Virus record (IMG/VR): IMGVR_UViG_3300001598_000046 | Coordinates: 1-64,000 of that record | Source: a virus | Taxonomy: Duplodnaviria; Heunggongvirae; Uroviricota; Caudoviricetes | Strand: one strand, 5' to 3' | DNA length: 64,000 bases | In this document: in pieces, positions 49,385-58,040 of the stretch | Layout of the letters: each line of letters begins with the position of its first letter | Numbering within the stretch: the stretch's first letter is position 1 | Notes under the pieces: generated by a model | What the model was told of the DNA's origin: nothing | Seen by the model: only the letters and a program-made list of their open reading frames with translations | Databases searched by the model: none | Translations under genes and position numbers: made by a program

Positions 49385-49852
49385 TTATCTCCAAAAAACT
49401 TTAGTAACGTTTCCCCAAATACCATCAATTTTTGCCCACATCTCTTGATTGGTTGTTTTGACATTAAGTGGACCTTTTGATTTGATATATGGCCCGAATT
49501 TGAGGTAATCGAAGTAACCGGTTTTGACTGGGCAAACATCAACAGAATGCTGTCTACCACTATACCATCCAACCTTCAATTTTGGATGAGTCTTTTTGAC
49601 ATATTGTGCAAGATCCGATATTTCGTGTGGGTAGGCGTCACCACCCATAAATCCTACACAAGTGATCTCTTTATGTGCTGCAATAAGAGTATCCAATACA
49701 GTTTCATTTAGCTCAGTACCAACATACTCAGCAAGATGAGGTGAATGACAACCTTTGCAGGCACAGGGGCAGCCGGTAAGATTGATTGCAAGAGTTACCT
49801 CATTTGGAAACTCCTGAAATACAATTTCGACTTCCTGATACTTTGGAATCAT
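49385..49852 (-). CDS. nrdG: radical-SAM activase, NrdG-like (anaerobic RNR activating protein family)
   Basis: 155 aa; Cys cluster LTGCPCACKGCHSP and FMGGDA (cf. NrdG GCxxxCxGC and SGGDP). Confidence 0.55.
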   Translation of the reverse strand: MIPKYQEVEIVFQEFPNEVTLAINLTGCPCACKGCHSPHLAEYVGTELNETVLDTLIAAHKEITCVGFMGGDAYPHEISDLAQYVKKTHPKLKVGWYSGRQHSVDVCPVKTGYFDYLKFGPYIKSKGPLNVKTTNQEMWAKIDGIWGNVTKVFWR

Positions 49853-49858
49853 ATATGA

Positions 49859-50206
49859 TTAATTTAGAACTGTTAGAAATTCCCATTTAGCACACCAAGT
49901 TAGGTCATGCCATTCAATTGTATTCTCCTTATGATTATTCAATGTTGAACAAATGAAGAACTCAATGAAATACTCGTTATTAATTTGTTTTATTTCACCA
50001 ATTCTGATGACCAAGCAACTATCTGAAATTGATTGTGATGCGTCATCATAATTTGGTCGGATAAGCATTCTTGTACTTTGTGATGGAGCATTAACTTCAC
50101 CACGAGTTTTGGTATATTCTCTAATATACTCAAGGATTGCTGTGGAAAATAAACTTTTCTCTTTCATCTTACGATACAGCCTCTCATATGTCTGTGATGC
50201 TATCAT
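49859..50206 (-). CDS. hypothetical protein
   Basis: 115-aa ORF. Confidence 0.4.
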   Translation of the reverse strand: MIASQTYERLYRKMKEKSLFSTAILEYIREYTKTRGEVNAPSQSTRMLIRPNYDDASQSISDSCLVIRIGEIKQINNEYFIEFFICSTLNNHKENTIEWHDLTWCAKWEFLTVLN

Positions 50207-50255
50207 ATATAATATATAATAGTACTAACAGAAATTGAGCTGGCATATTTTTTAT

Positions 50256-50900
50256 TTATGCTTTATGCTTGATTCTAAATTGTTTCCAATAATTGAGAAT
50301 TGCCGCGCGTGTACTCTTTCGGAAGACTCCCTCCGTGAATACTGCGCGAACCCAATCTTTTGGAGGAACAACGCGGATGGCACCGGTCAAATTTGGTATA
50401 TACATACGCACTCCAAATGCCAAACCAGTATTCTCCAACTGCTGCATCAACCACTCATAATCGAATCTTGACATTTCTTTATTCAATCCAGTCTCCCAAG
50501 TCTTCAGGTACATTGGTTTCCAAATCTCCATAATACGATCCATAATTTGGTATCGAATACGTGGTGGATAATAATGGATATTGAATCCAATGATGCGTGG
50601 TTCACCCTTTTGATTCTTAAATGTACCAAAGAAGATCGTACAAGGTTTTGCATCATAATATTCAAGTTCCTCCTTTGTTGCTGGCTCAAGATAATTGAAG
50701 TATATAAGTTGGCCCGGCATAACATCACGGGGTCCAGTAACCTCGAGATTCTCCTCAAGATATTTACGTTGGCGTCTATCACGGAGCTCAGGAGAATGCT
50801 TATATTCTTTGAATGCCCTTATCTCTCGTATGAGGGAATAATTTTTATCCGGTTTCTCACTTTTTGGAGTAACCTTTTTTTCATTACTGGTTGTTGCCAT
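50256..50900 (-). CDS. hypothetical protein downstream of terminase
   Basis: 214-aa basic ORF overlapping terL stop by 17 nt. Confidence 0.45.
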   Translation of the reverse strand: MATTSNEKKVTPKSEKPDKNYSLIREIRAFKEYKHSPELRDRRQRKYLEENLEVTGPRDVMPGQLIYFNYLEPATKEELEYYDAKPCTIFFGTFKNQKGEPRIIGFNIHYYPPRIRYQIMDRIMEIWKPMYLKTWETGLNKEMSRFDYEWLMQQLENTGLAFGVRMYIPNLTGAIRVVPPKDWVRAVFTEGVFRKSTRAAILNYWKQFRIKHKA

Positions 50901-52746
50901 AAGATGTCAATCTATTTAGATTTGCATTTTGAATCCGTTGCATATCGTTATCAAAATCATACCACGTTTCAATTGGTACTGCACCCACACCAACCTGTGG
51001 TGTATAGTTTTCGTATGGATTATATGTTTCTTCGTCAAATGGTTTGCCAATTTTCTCCTCAAAATCTTCGATAAAGAGTTTATATTGAAGTGTTTTCTTA
51101 ACAAATTCAAGCTGAACTGTTGACATTACCATATCATCGTGGCCAAATGATGCTTTATAATGTTTTGTTCCATCATCACAGAAATTTTCAAGTTCAAATA
51201 TAAACATTTCTGCATCATTACGAATGAAATCTCGTTCATAATCTTCCTGAAATAGAAGGCAATGTGGTGTTTTGTTTCCAGATGTAAGTTTTATACCTTG
51301 CACATATTTTGTACCACCCTCATTATAATACTTAACGAGGCAGTTAATATCAAAGTTTTCGAAACCTTTTGCGTTGGTCAAATCCTTAATATCTCTTATA
51401 AATAATTCACCATAAGTATTATACTCAATTGAAATGAGAGTATGATCATTATTGGCATAAAGGTTCATTACCTGCATTAATGATAATGCATATTCGTCTC
51501 GTGGCACCTGATTTGATCTGAAATACCCAACAGCCACCAAACGTGGACCATATTTACCTTTTTCCATACGATATATAGTCATTACTGTATAGTCTCCACC
51601 CAATCCTTCAGCGATATCAACTGGAATAACAATAAACTCTTTTCGAAGATCGGTCATTGGATTAAAGTCAGGATGCCAAAACCAACAATCAGAATGGAAT
51701 ACACCAAGCATCTCTTTATTGACAAATTTGATTGCATCATCACGGCGAGCACGGAGAATAGCACGTTTTATCAAAGCACTTGATGTAACATCAAAATTAA
51801 TACCAAATTGACCCTCAAATGCCTCCTCAGAACCATAGTTTGCAATCATACGTTGATGCCAAGCCTCATCACGTGGTTCGAAACATTGTTTCTTTGGATT
51901 CCACTCCGGTACATCTTTCCACTCAACCGCAAATGGCGCATAGTCATTCTCACCTAACTTGGCACCCATATATAATCTATAAAAAAGTTCCTTTCCATTT
52001 ACCGTACTCGAAATCATTACACGTGCTGCTGCAGCGGTAAGAGTTGGAAGTACGTGATTATAGAATGGTTCCTGAATATTCTTCTTAATTTTTGCAAACT
52101 CATCGAGTAATGCGCAATGGAATGTAAATGAAATACCGGAATCCATCGTTGTTGCATCAGCCATACAACGACAGCCATTATCCAATACAATCTCACCCTC
52201 ATTCCACTTCTCAACACCAGGTTTGAGGAAGAATGGTATCTCATAAAATATCTTCTTAACCTTATCCAAAATTTCAATCGCAGTCTTGCGTTTATTACCA
52301 AGAACCAACGCATTCTTATCATAATTGAATAAGATATAATGTAACATAAAAATCGCTGATGTGGTGGTCTTACCAGCCTGACGGCAGGAAACCATAATAC
52401 TCATATTATGATCTTCAAGATGTTTGAGATAACGCTTCTGATAATCACGCAGTTGGACATGTTTAATACCCTTTGGTGTCATCAATTTGCAATACTTTTC
52501 AGCGAAATATAATATATTTTTTCTACACTTGAGCCACTCAATTTTTTCTTCATCTGTACGTGTGAATACCAAATTACATTTGAGGATTTTGGTATTGTTC
52601 TCATAAAATGGATTGGCAACAAGTCTCTTACCTTCATCGAGTCCCTTCAGGGCTATATCAAGGACTTCGGTGGTCCACACAACTCTGCGGGCTTTCGCTC
52701 CATCCTTTTCCTCTTTGATAGGATTAAATGCCTGTTTTTTAGCCAT
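50884..52746 (-). CDS. terL: terminase large subunit
   Basis: Walker A SCRQAGKTTTS (cf. T4 gp17 SRQLGKT), Walker B ALLDEFAKI, C-terminal nuclease-sized domain; 620 aa. Confidence 0.85.
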   Translation of the reverse strand: MAKKQAFNPIKEEKDGAKARRVVWTTEVLDIALKGLDEGKRLVANPFYENNTKILKCNLVFTRTDEEKIEWLKCRKNILYFAEKYCKLMTPKGIKHVQLRDYQKRYLKHLEDHNMSIMVSCRQAGKTTTSAIFMLHYILFNYDKNALVLGNKRKTAIEILDKVKKIFYEIPFFLKPGVEKWNEGEIVLDNGCRCMADATTMDSGISFTFHCALLDEFAKIKKNIQEPFYNHVLPTLTAAAARVMISSTVNGKELFYRLYMGAKLGENDYAPFAVEWKDVPEWNPKKQCFEPRDEAWHQRMIANYGSEEAFEGQFGINFDVTSSALIKRAILRARRDDAIKFVNKEMLGVFHSDCWFWHPDFNPMTDLRKEFIVIPVDIAEGLGGDYTVMTIYRMEKGKYGPRLVAVGYFRSNQVPRDEYALSLMQVMNLYANNDHTLISIEYNTYGELFIRDIKDLTNAKGFENFDINCLVKYYNEGGTKYVQGIKLTSGNKTPHCLLFQEDYERDFIRNDAEMFIFELENFCDDGTKHYKASFGHDDMVMSTVQLEFVKKTLQYKLFIEDFEEKIGKPFDEETYNPYENYTPQVGVGAVPIETWYDFDNDMQRIQNANLNRLTSYGNNQ

Positions 52747-52861
52747 ATAATTCGAATAAATTTATGTATAAATAATAACGAATTACAGAATTTTTTAACA
52801 AAAAACCTTACTAAACTTTGTTTGAATCATTATAATATAGTCAAATATATATGATGAACAT

Positions 52862-53941
52862 ATGCCAAAAAGTAAAGATTATGATAAATTGAGTGAACAG
52901 ATTGGTGACTTTGGAGGAGAAACCGGTCTTGGTAAACTCGAGCATACTGCTGCAATTCGTGGTGGCAAGGAAGCATTAACTCCTGCGGAGGAAGATGCAA
53001 AAAATGCGTTCCTCAAGAAACAGCGCGAACTCGCTGATCGTGCTGATGCTGCTGCAGAACGTTATGGTAGTGGTAGAGTAATCGGTCAGGAGGAAGAAAC
53101 TAATATTTCTGATGGTTGGATTCCGATTGATCGTAATGAAATGCATAAAAGATCAATATTCTATCCTGAAACTTGGGAATTTTATCTTCGCCCAGCAACC
53201 GAACAAGCTATTAAGAATTGGATGAGTATTGATGAGGAGAATCTGCTTCAAGTTAACCGGGTATTTAATGAGATATGCAAATTCTGTATACGTATTGTTG
53301 ATGGTGATAAGAGTATCGCTTGGGGTAATATTAATTATTGGGATCGTTTTTGGTTCATTACAAAGGTACGTGAATGTACATTTGCATCCAATAAGAAAAT
53401 AATTACATTTGATGATACTTGTGCAGAATGTGATCAAGAAATTACATTTGAACTTCGTTCTGATAACCTCGTATATGAGTTCCCTGATGATGAACTTGTT
53501 GAGGCATATTGGAATGGATCAAATTGGTATATTGAGCCTGAGGAGTATGACGTAGAACATGATCCAATTACTCTCTATACTCCAACACTTGCAAAGGAGG
53601 AAGCTATTATTGATTGGGCACGCCGCGAACACGAGCGTGGTAAAAAGCTTGATGAGAACTTCCCTAAGTTTGCACTTTGGCTCATCAATAAACCATCAAA
53701 AGACCCTGATATGTTTGATAAGCAGATTCAGAAAATTTTGAAGGACTACAAAAATTGGAGTGTCGATTTCTACCGTTTTATGGAGCAGGTTGTAACTAAT
53801 ATTACAATCAATCCCAAAGAAACATTAAGACAAGTTTGTCCACACTGCGGGGAGGAAGTGATTTCCACAGTTAAGTTTCCAAATGGCATCAAAGTTCTCT
53901 TCGATGTTGAAACTCGTGCTAAACGATTCGGAACGAAATAA
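52862..53941 (+). CDS. hypothetical protein with two CxxC pairs
   Basis: 359 aa; CAECDQE ... CPHCGEE suggest zinc ribbon; first gene after divergent region from terL. Confidence 0.45.
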   Translation: MPKSKDYDKLSEQIGDFGGETGLGKLEHTAAIRGGKEALTPAEEDAKNAFLKKQRELADRADAAAERYGSGRVIGQEEETNISDGWIPIDRNEMHKRSIFYPETWEFYLRPATEQAIKNWMSIDEENLLQVNRVFNEICKFCIRIVDGDKSIAWGNINYWDRFWFITKVRECTFASNKKIITFDDTCAECDQEITFELRSDNLVYEFPDDELVEAYWNGSNWYIEPEEYDVEHDPITLYTPTLAKEEAIIDWARREHERGKKLDENFPKFALWLINKPSKDPDMFDKQIQKILKDYKNWSVDFYRFMEQVVTNITINPKETLRQVCPHCGEEVISTVKFPNGIKVLFDVETRAKRFGTK

Positions 53942-54317
53942 TTTGGAGATTAAAGATACTCTTCGAACATTCCGACTTGATCCAACCAAAGGTAATTGGT
54001 TTGAGTATATAATATTTGCATTATTCAAAGTTGATGTCCGAGATATTATATCAATCAAAGCACAACTCGGAAAAGCATTTGGTATCCAACCTGACCAACT
54101 CGATAAAATGCCTTTTTGGGAATTTGAAATGTATGTGCAGGAACTTGAGAAACTTGTTAAAGAAGAGAATGATAGGCAGAAGGATGAATACGAGAAATCT
54201 GGTGTTGGTAAAGCTATGCAGATGGCTGATCCAAAGAATATTGGGAAGACTACACAAAGTATGATGCCAAAGATGCCAAAGATGCCGACAGTGAATATCT
54301 CTATGCCAAAAATGTAA
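53883..54317 (+). CDS. hypothetical protein with C-terminal MPK repeats
   Basis: 144 aa; 5' end overlaps previous ORF so true start may be internal; ends MMPKMPKMPTVNISMPKM. Confidence 0.35.
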   Translation: MASKFSSMLKLVLNDSERNNLEIKDTLRTFRLDPTKGNWFEYIIFALFKVDVRDIISIKAQLGKAFGIQPDQLDKMPFWEFEMYVQELEKLVKEENDRQKDEYEKSGVGKAMQMADPKNIGKTTQSMMPKMPKMPTVNISMPKM

Positions 54318-54324
54318 TAGAAAA

Positions 54325-54349
54325 GGGACTCTCATTGAGTTCCTTTTTT
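54325..54349 (+). terminator. rho-independent terminator
   Basis: GGGACTC tcatt GAGTTCC then TTTTTT. Confidence 0.5.
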
Positions 54350-54396
54350 ATTTTATATTACACCCAAATGATCACTGGATTATTATTTATACATAA

Positions 54397-56109
54397 TTGA
54401 TTACAAATATGAATTGCGCAATAAAGAGAATAATTCAATTCCATAATGCATATGTTCCTGGTCCAATTCAAATCAAGAATCAAATGGGTCAGGACATTAC
54501 AACATACTGCCAATATTCTTGGTCGAATGATATGGTATGTTGGACCAATTGGGTTACATATGATATGTATCTCAAAATTTGTGGGCAATTGAAGGATGAA
54601 ACATATATACGTATTCTTATACAGGATTCAATAGGAATTGTTAAGATCCACGATGTTGCTACAGATTGTTATTCCGTGACGTTGGATCTCGATAACCCTT
54701 TTGAGGTAACAATTTGTAATGATAACCTCTTCAATCCTTATGCAAATCTCGATTGTGCCATTAAACTTCAACAACAAATGGCTGATTCTATAATCTGTAT
54801 GTTTGGTATACCCGTATATTATTTTAGAGTTAAGCCAGACCCAACTACAGCTGACTATACATTTAAGGAGTATTTACTTCATAATATTGAATCAGTTAAG
54901 CAGATCAAAATGATGATTCCTGAGGGCACTATGCCAAGTTCAAATCCTAAATTTAATGCACTCGATTTTGATTGGGAGACTGATTGGGATGTTGAGATTG
55001 GTAAAAATGAATTTGCGAGAGCATTTGGAGATGGCCAAGTTCCAAAAGTTCGTGATTTTATCTATATTCCGATGATGAAACGTATGTGGGATGTTAATTC
55101 AGCATATGATGAGAAGAATGAAAATCTTATGTGGATATCAACAACTTGGAAACTTAGCCTTGTTAAGTATGAGGATGCTACAAACGTAAATGGTACTCCT
55201 GAAATGGAAAGCCTTATTGATTCACTCATACCACATACCTACGAAAATACCTTTGGTGAAAAGGAGAGAACATTATGGGAGCGAACAACTGGTTCAACTC
55301 AAATAAAATCTCCTGATCACGCATATACAAATTTATATGATATATCTATGGGAGACGCAATAAGACAGGCGTATTCGAAAAATGAAATAAATATTGTCGA
55401 TTATCAGTACAACCACAATAGTATGGTGGTTACACGTAATATATATAAATTCAAAACACCATTGGCAAAGGTAACATATCAAAAAGGTTATTGTGGTGCT
55501 AATGGAACACTTGCATTTATATTGCAAACAACTGGAACATCACGAGACGAATTAATATGTAGTAATTGTCGTCAAAAAACAGTATGCCCATACTATAGTG
55601 CTGAAGCTGGTGCAAAATGTTCCGTACCATCAACAATTATCAAATGTGGGCCAATTGATGTTAATCTTACACTTAAACCAATTGCTGGTGGTAATTGTTA
55701 TGAGATTTCTTGTGGTGATATAAAGGGTAATCTGAAGCTTTTTGCAAGTTATCTCGTTATCATCCGTTGGAACCGTCAAAATTATACTGTATCGATGGAA
55801 TGTTACGAGCATATACATCGCACAAATATCCCAACATATATGCTCAAACCTGAGATGTACTCATTTAATGCCACACCAACAATATCTGTAACATCACAAT
55901 ATAATCTCGATTATGATATAACGGAAGAGCAAGATATGTTTATCCAAGCATATCCTTGTCTCCTGACAAATATCAAATTATACAATATTGATTTGGGTCG
56001 TGAAGGTGCGATTAAAGAATCTCTTAAATATGTAACACAACATAAAAATATCATAATTAATGACCTCGCTCGTCCAATCGAGAGTGGCCAGGGTTATACA
56101 GCAAGATAA
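54397..56109 (+). CDS. hypothetical protein (570 aa)
   Basis: Long ORF; its last ~63 codons are duplicated as a fragment at 57165..57350. Confidence 0.5.
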   Translation: MITNMNCAIKRIIQFHNAYVPGPIQIKNQMGQDITTYCQYSWSNDMVCWTNWVTYDMYLKICGQLKDETYIRILIQDSIGIVKIHDVATDCYSVTLDLDNPFEVTICNDNLFNPYANLDCAIKLQQQMADSIICMFGIPVYYFRVKPDPTTADYTFKEYLLHNIESVKQIKMMIPEGTMPSSNPKFNALDFDWETDWDVEIGKNEFARAFGDGQVPKVRDFIYIPMMKRMWDVNSAYDEKNENLMWISTTWKLSLVKYEDATNVNGTPEMESLIDSLIPHTYENTFGEKERTLWERTTGSTQIKSPDHAYTNLYDISMGDAIRQAYSKNEINIVDYQYNHNSMVVTRNIYKFKTPLAKVTYQKGYCGANGTLAFILQTTGTSRDELICSNCRQKTVCPYYSAEAGAKCSVPSTIIKCGPIDVNLTLKPIAGGNCYEISCGDIKGNLKLFASYLVIIRWNRQNYTVSMECYEHIHRTNIPTYMLKPEMYSFNATPTISVTSQYNLDYDITEEQDMFIQAYPCLLTNIKLYNIDLGREGAIKESLKYVTQHKNIIINDLARPIESGQGYTAR

Positions 56110-56110
56110 T

Positions 56111-56974
56111 ATGAAATCACTTTACGAAAGCTTACTCGGTATCACAAATGATGATATTGATAAAACAAACCTGAAACTTCTATGGAATCAATTACAATTG
56201 GATATTAAGGGTACGGAGAAAAAACCACGTATTAATTTTCTACAAATCAAAAATAATAATGCTGGAGAACTCTCCTGTTATTGCTCAATTCCACAAGGGA
56301 GATTGGGTAGAGGCCCACAAATTGATGATATACCAAGTTTAACAAAACTTTTTCCTGCTGGTATTGAAGCAAAAAGATTACAAATTAGTAAAAATTGTGA
56401 TCATAAATTATCTGAACTTGCGGCACTTAATATCAAAGTAAACGAATATAAGATTGATGGTTACGATACTGAGGAAAGTTTAGCAAAATTGGATATTCAA
56501 GTACCATCAGTATACTGTGATGCCGCTGCACTTATCACAGATAATTTACTTCAACGAATATCCAAATATACCGACAAGATTAGACTTGATGCTTGTATGG
56601 AATTTCACGGTTGGAGAAAAATGGAAGATTTGAAGAAATTATCTAATTGTCCATTTGATGTTATGATCATTAATAAAGGTGCATATCTTTTTGGATTGGA
56701 TCAACCAAGAAAAAATACTGTGACAATCGGAGATTACCTTGAAGGTCATCTTAATATTAATGGAACTCCAAGAGAGGGGCAATTTGTATATCGTGATAGT
56801 TCTCAGCAACAACATTATAATGGGTTTAAGAGTAAACTTGCCGATTGGATTAAACGAAATCCAAAAACAACTCTTATAATGAGTTGGGGTGGTACAATGG
56901 AAAAAATTTCATTGGACTCAAAGGGTGAACTCACCACAACAAAAATAACCGATCGAGAAATTAATAAATTATGA
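56111..56974 (+). CDS. leader-family protein 4 (N-terminus MKSLYESLLGITNDDIDKT), function unknown
   Basis: Start ATG 1 nt after stop of upstream gene (ORF track extends it upstream to 56060 in the same frame). Confidence 0.55.
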   Translation: MKSLYESLLGITNDDIDKTNLKLLWNQLQLDIKGTEKKPRINFLQIKNNNAGELSCYCSIPQGRLGRGPQIDDIPSLTKLFPAGIEAKRLQISKNCDHKLSELAALNIKVNEYKIDGYDTEESLAKLDIQVPSVYCDAAALITDNLLQRISKYTDKIRLDACMEFHGWRKMEDLKKLSNCPFDVMIINKGAYLFGLDQPRKNTVTIGDYLEGHLNINGTPREGQFVYRDSSQQQHYNGFKSKLADWIKRNPKTTLIMSWGGTMEKISLDSKGELTTTKITDREINKL

Positions 56975-57162
56975 AAAGCCTTTATGAAAGTTTATTAGGA
57001 TCTACTGAAGATACAATTGATACCACGAATAAGAAATATGCAGAATATGTAGATTTCTGTGATAAATCAAAAGAATTGTATGATGCCTTTTGGTCTGAAT
57101 TTGAACACAAGGCCATCAAACTCGGTATAGCCAAACGAGACTTCAATAATAGTACGATATAA
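56971..57162 (+). CDS. leader-family protein 5, short (N-terminus MKSLYESLLGSTEDTIDTT)
   Basis: 63 aa; ATGA overlap with member 4; possibly truncated. Confidence 0.4.
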   Translation: MKSLYESLLGSTEDTIDTTNKKYAEYVDFCDKSKELYDAFWSEFEHKAIKLGIAKRDFNNSTI

Positions 57163-57164
57163 CT

Positions 57165-57350
57165 GAGGAGCAAGATGTATTTATCCATGCATATCCTTGC
57201 CTTCTTACCAATATTAAACTTTATAATATTGATCTTGGTAAAGATGATTCGATTAAAGAATCGTTAAAATACGTAACAAAAAACAAAAATATTATAATCA
57301 ACGACCTTGCACGTCCAATGGAAAGTGGTCTTGGTTATGCAGTAAAATAA
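57165..57350 (+). pseudogene. start-less duplicated fragment of the 3' end of gene 54397..56109
   Basis: Translates TEEQDVFIHAYPCLLTNIKLYNIDLGKDDSIKESLKYVTKNKNIIINDLARPMESGLGYAVK vs gene C-terminus TEEQDMFIQAYPCLLTNIKLYNIDLGREGAIKESLKYVTQHKNIIINDLARPIESGQGYTAR; no in-frame start. Confidence 0.5.
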
Positions 57351-57352
57351 TT

Positions 57353-57871
57353 ATGAAATCTCTTATAGAAAGTATTTTGGATTCAAATCTTGCTGACAAA
57401 GGTACGATCAGTGCTGAAAAGGCTCAAAAGGCAATGAGCATAATTCGTGACGTTTTTGAAAAATTGCTTAATACCGACAAATTCACAATAGAAGTTTGGA
57501 TACCGGAACAACCTGATAAAGTTCGTGGTGTTATGAAATATAAATTCAACGCAAGTGCTCCTAACGATACTAAAAATGACTATATTGAGCAGAGAAAATA
57601 TTATCAAGAAGTCATTGTCAGTAGTGTCAAGGAACTGAAAAAGATGAATAAGTATCTCGACATGGATCCTCAGGAGGCATATAGTAGCCGCCCATACGAG
57701 AACAGAAATTTGTTTTTGACCAACTCACAACCAATAGTCAACTACACGGATTCAATGATTAGTGTAATGGGTAACTCCAATAGTGATTTTTTCGATATGT
57801 TAGTTGGTGATTGCTTCGTATCTACCCTTGAAGAAGTAATTAAAAAGAATAAAAAGATCATAATTCATTGA
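57353..57871 (+). CDS. leader-family protein 6 (N-terminus MKSLIESILDSNLADKGT), function unknown
   Basis: 172 aa; start 2 nt after stop of the pseudogene fragment, mirroring junction at 56109/56111. Confidence 0.55.
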   Translation: MKSLIESILDSNLADKGTISAEKAQKAMSIIRDVFEKLLNTDKFTIEVWIPEQPDKVRGVMKYKFNASAPNDTKNDYIEQRKYYQEVIVSSVKELKKMNKYLDMDPQEAYSSRPYENRNLFLTNSQPIVNYTDSMISVMGNSNSDFFDMLVGDCFVSTLEEVIKKNKKIIIH

Positions 57872-57960
57872 TTAGTAAAACAAAAGATGGACGAGTAGTC
57901 ATTTTTGATTGGTTCGATCCATATTATTATAATGGATAAAATTCTCTCATATTTCGAATA

Positions 57961-57999
57961 AAATGGGCTGGCCTTCATAGTTGTAAGGCCAGCCCATTT
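57961..57999. terminator. bidirectional hairpin terminator
   Basis: Perfect 15-bp inverted repeat AAATGGGCTGGCCTT catagttgt AAGGCCAGCCCATTT between convergent genes. Confidence 0.6.
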
Positions 58000-58008
58000 G
58001 AATTGAAT

Positions 58009-58029
58009 ATAGCGCGGTTTATGCGCAAA
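58009..58029 (+). repeat. GC-rich 21-mer ATAGCGCGGTTTATGCGCAAA (copy 3 of 3)
   Basis: Identical to 284-304; followed by partial echo GCGATGTTTATGCGTGC. Confidence 0.6.
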
Positions 58030-58040
58030 ATAAGCGATGT

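Noticed and set aside
53883-54317. MPKMPKMP repeat as a functional repeat protein motif
   Set aside because: It is a short low-complexity stretch at the extreme C-terminus produced by aagatgcca iterations. There is insufficient evidence for function.
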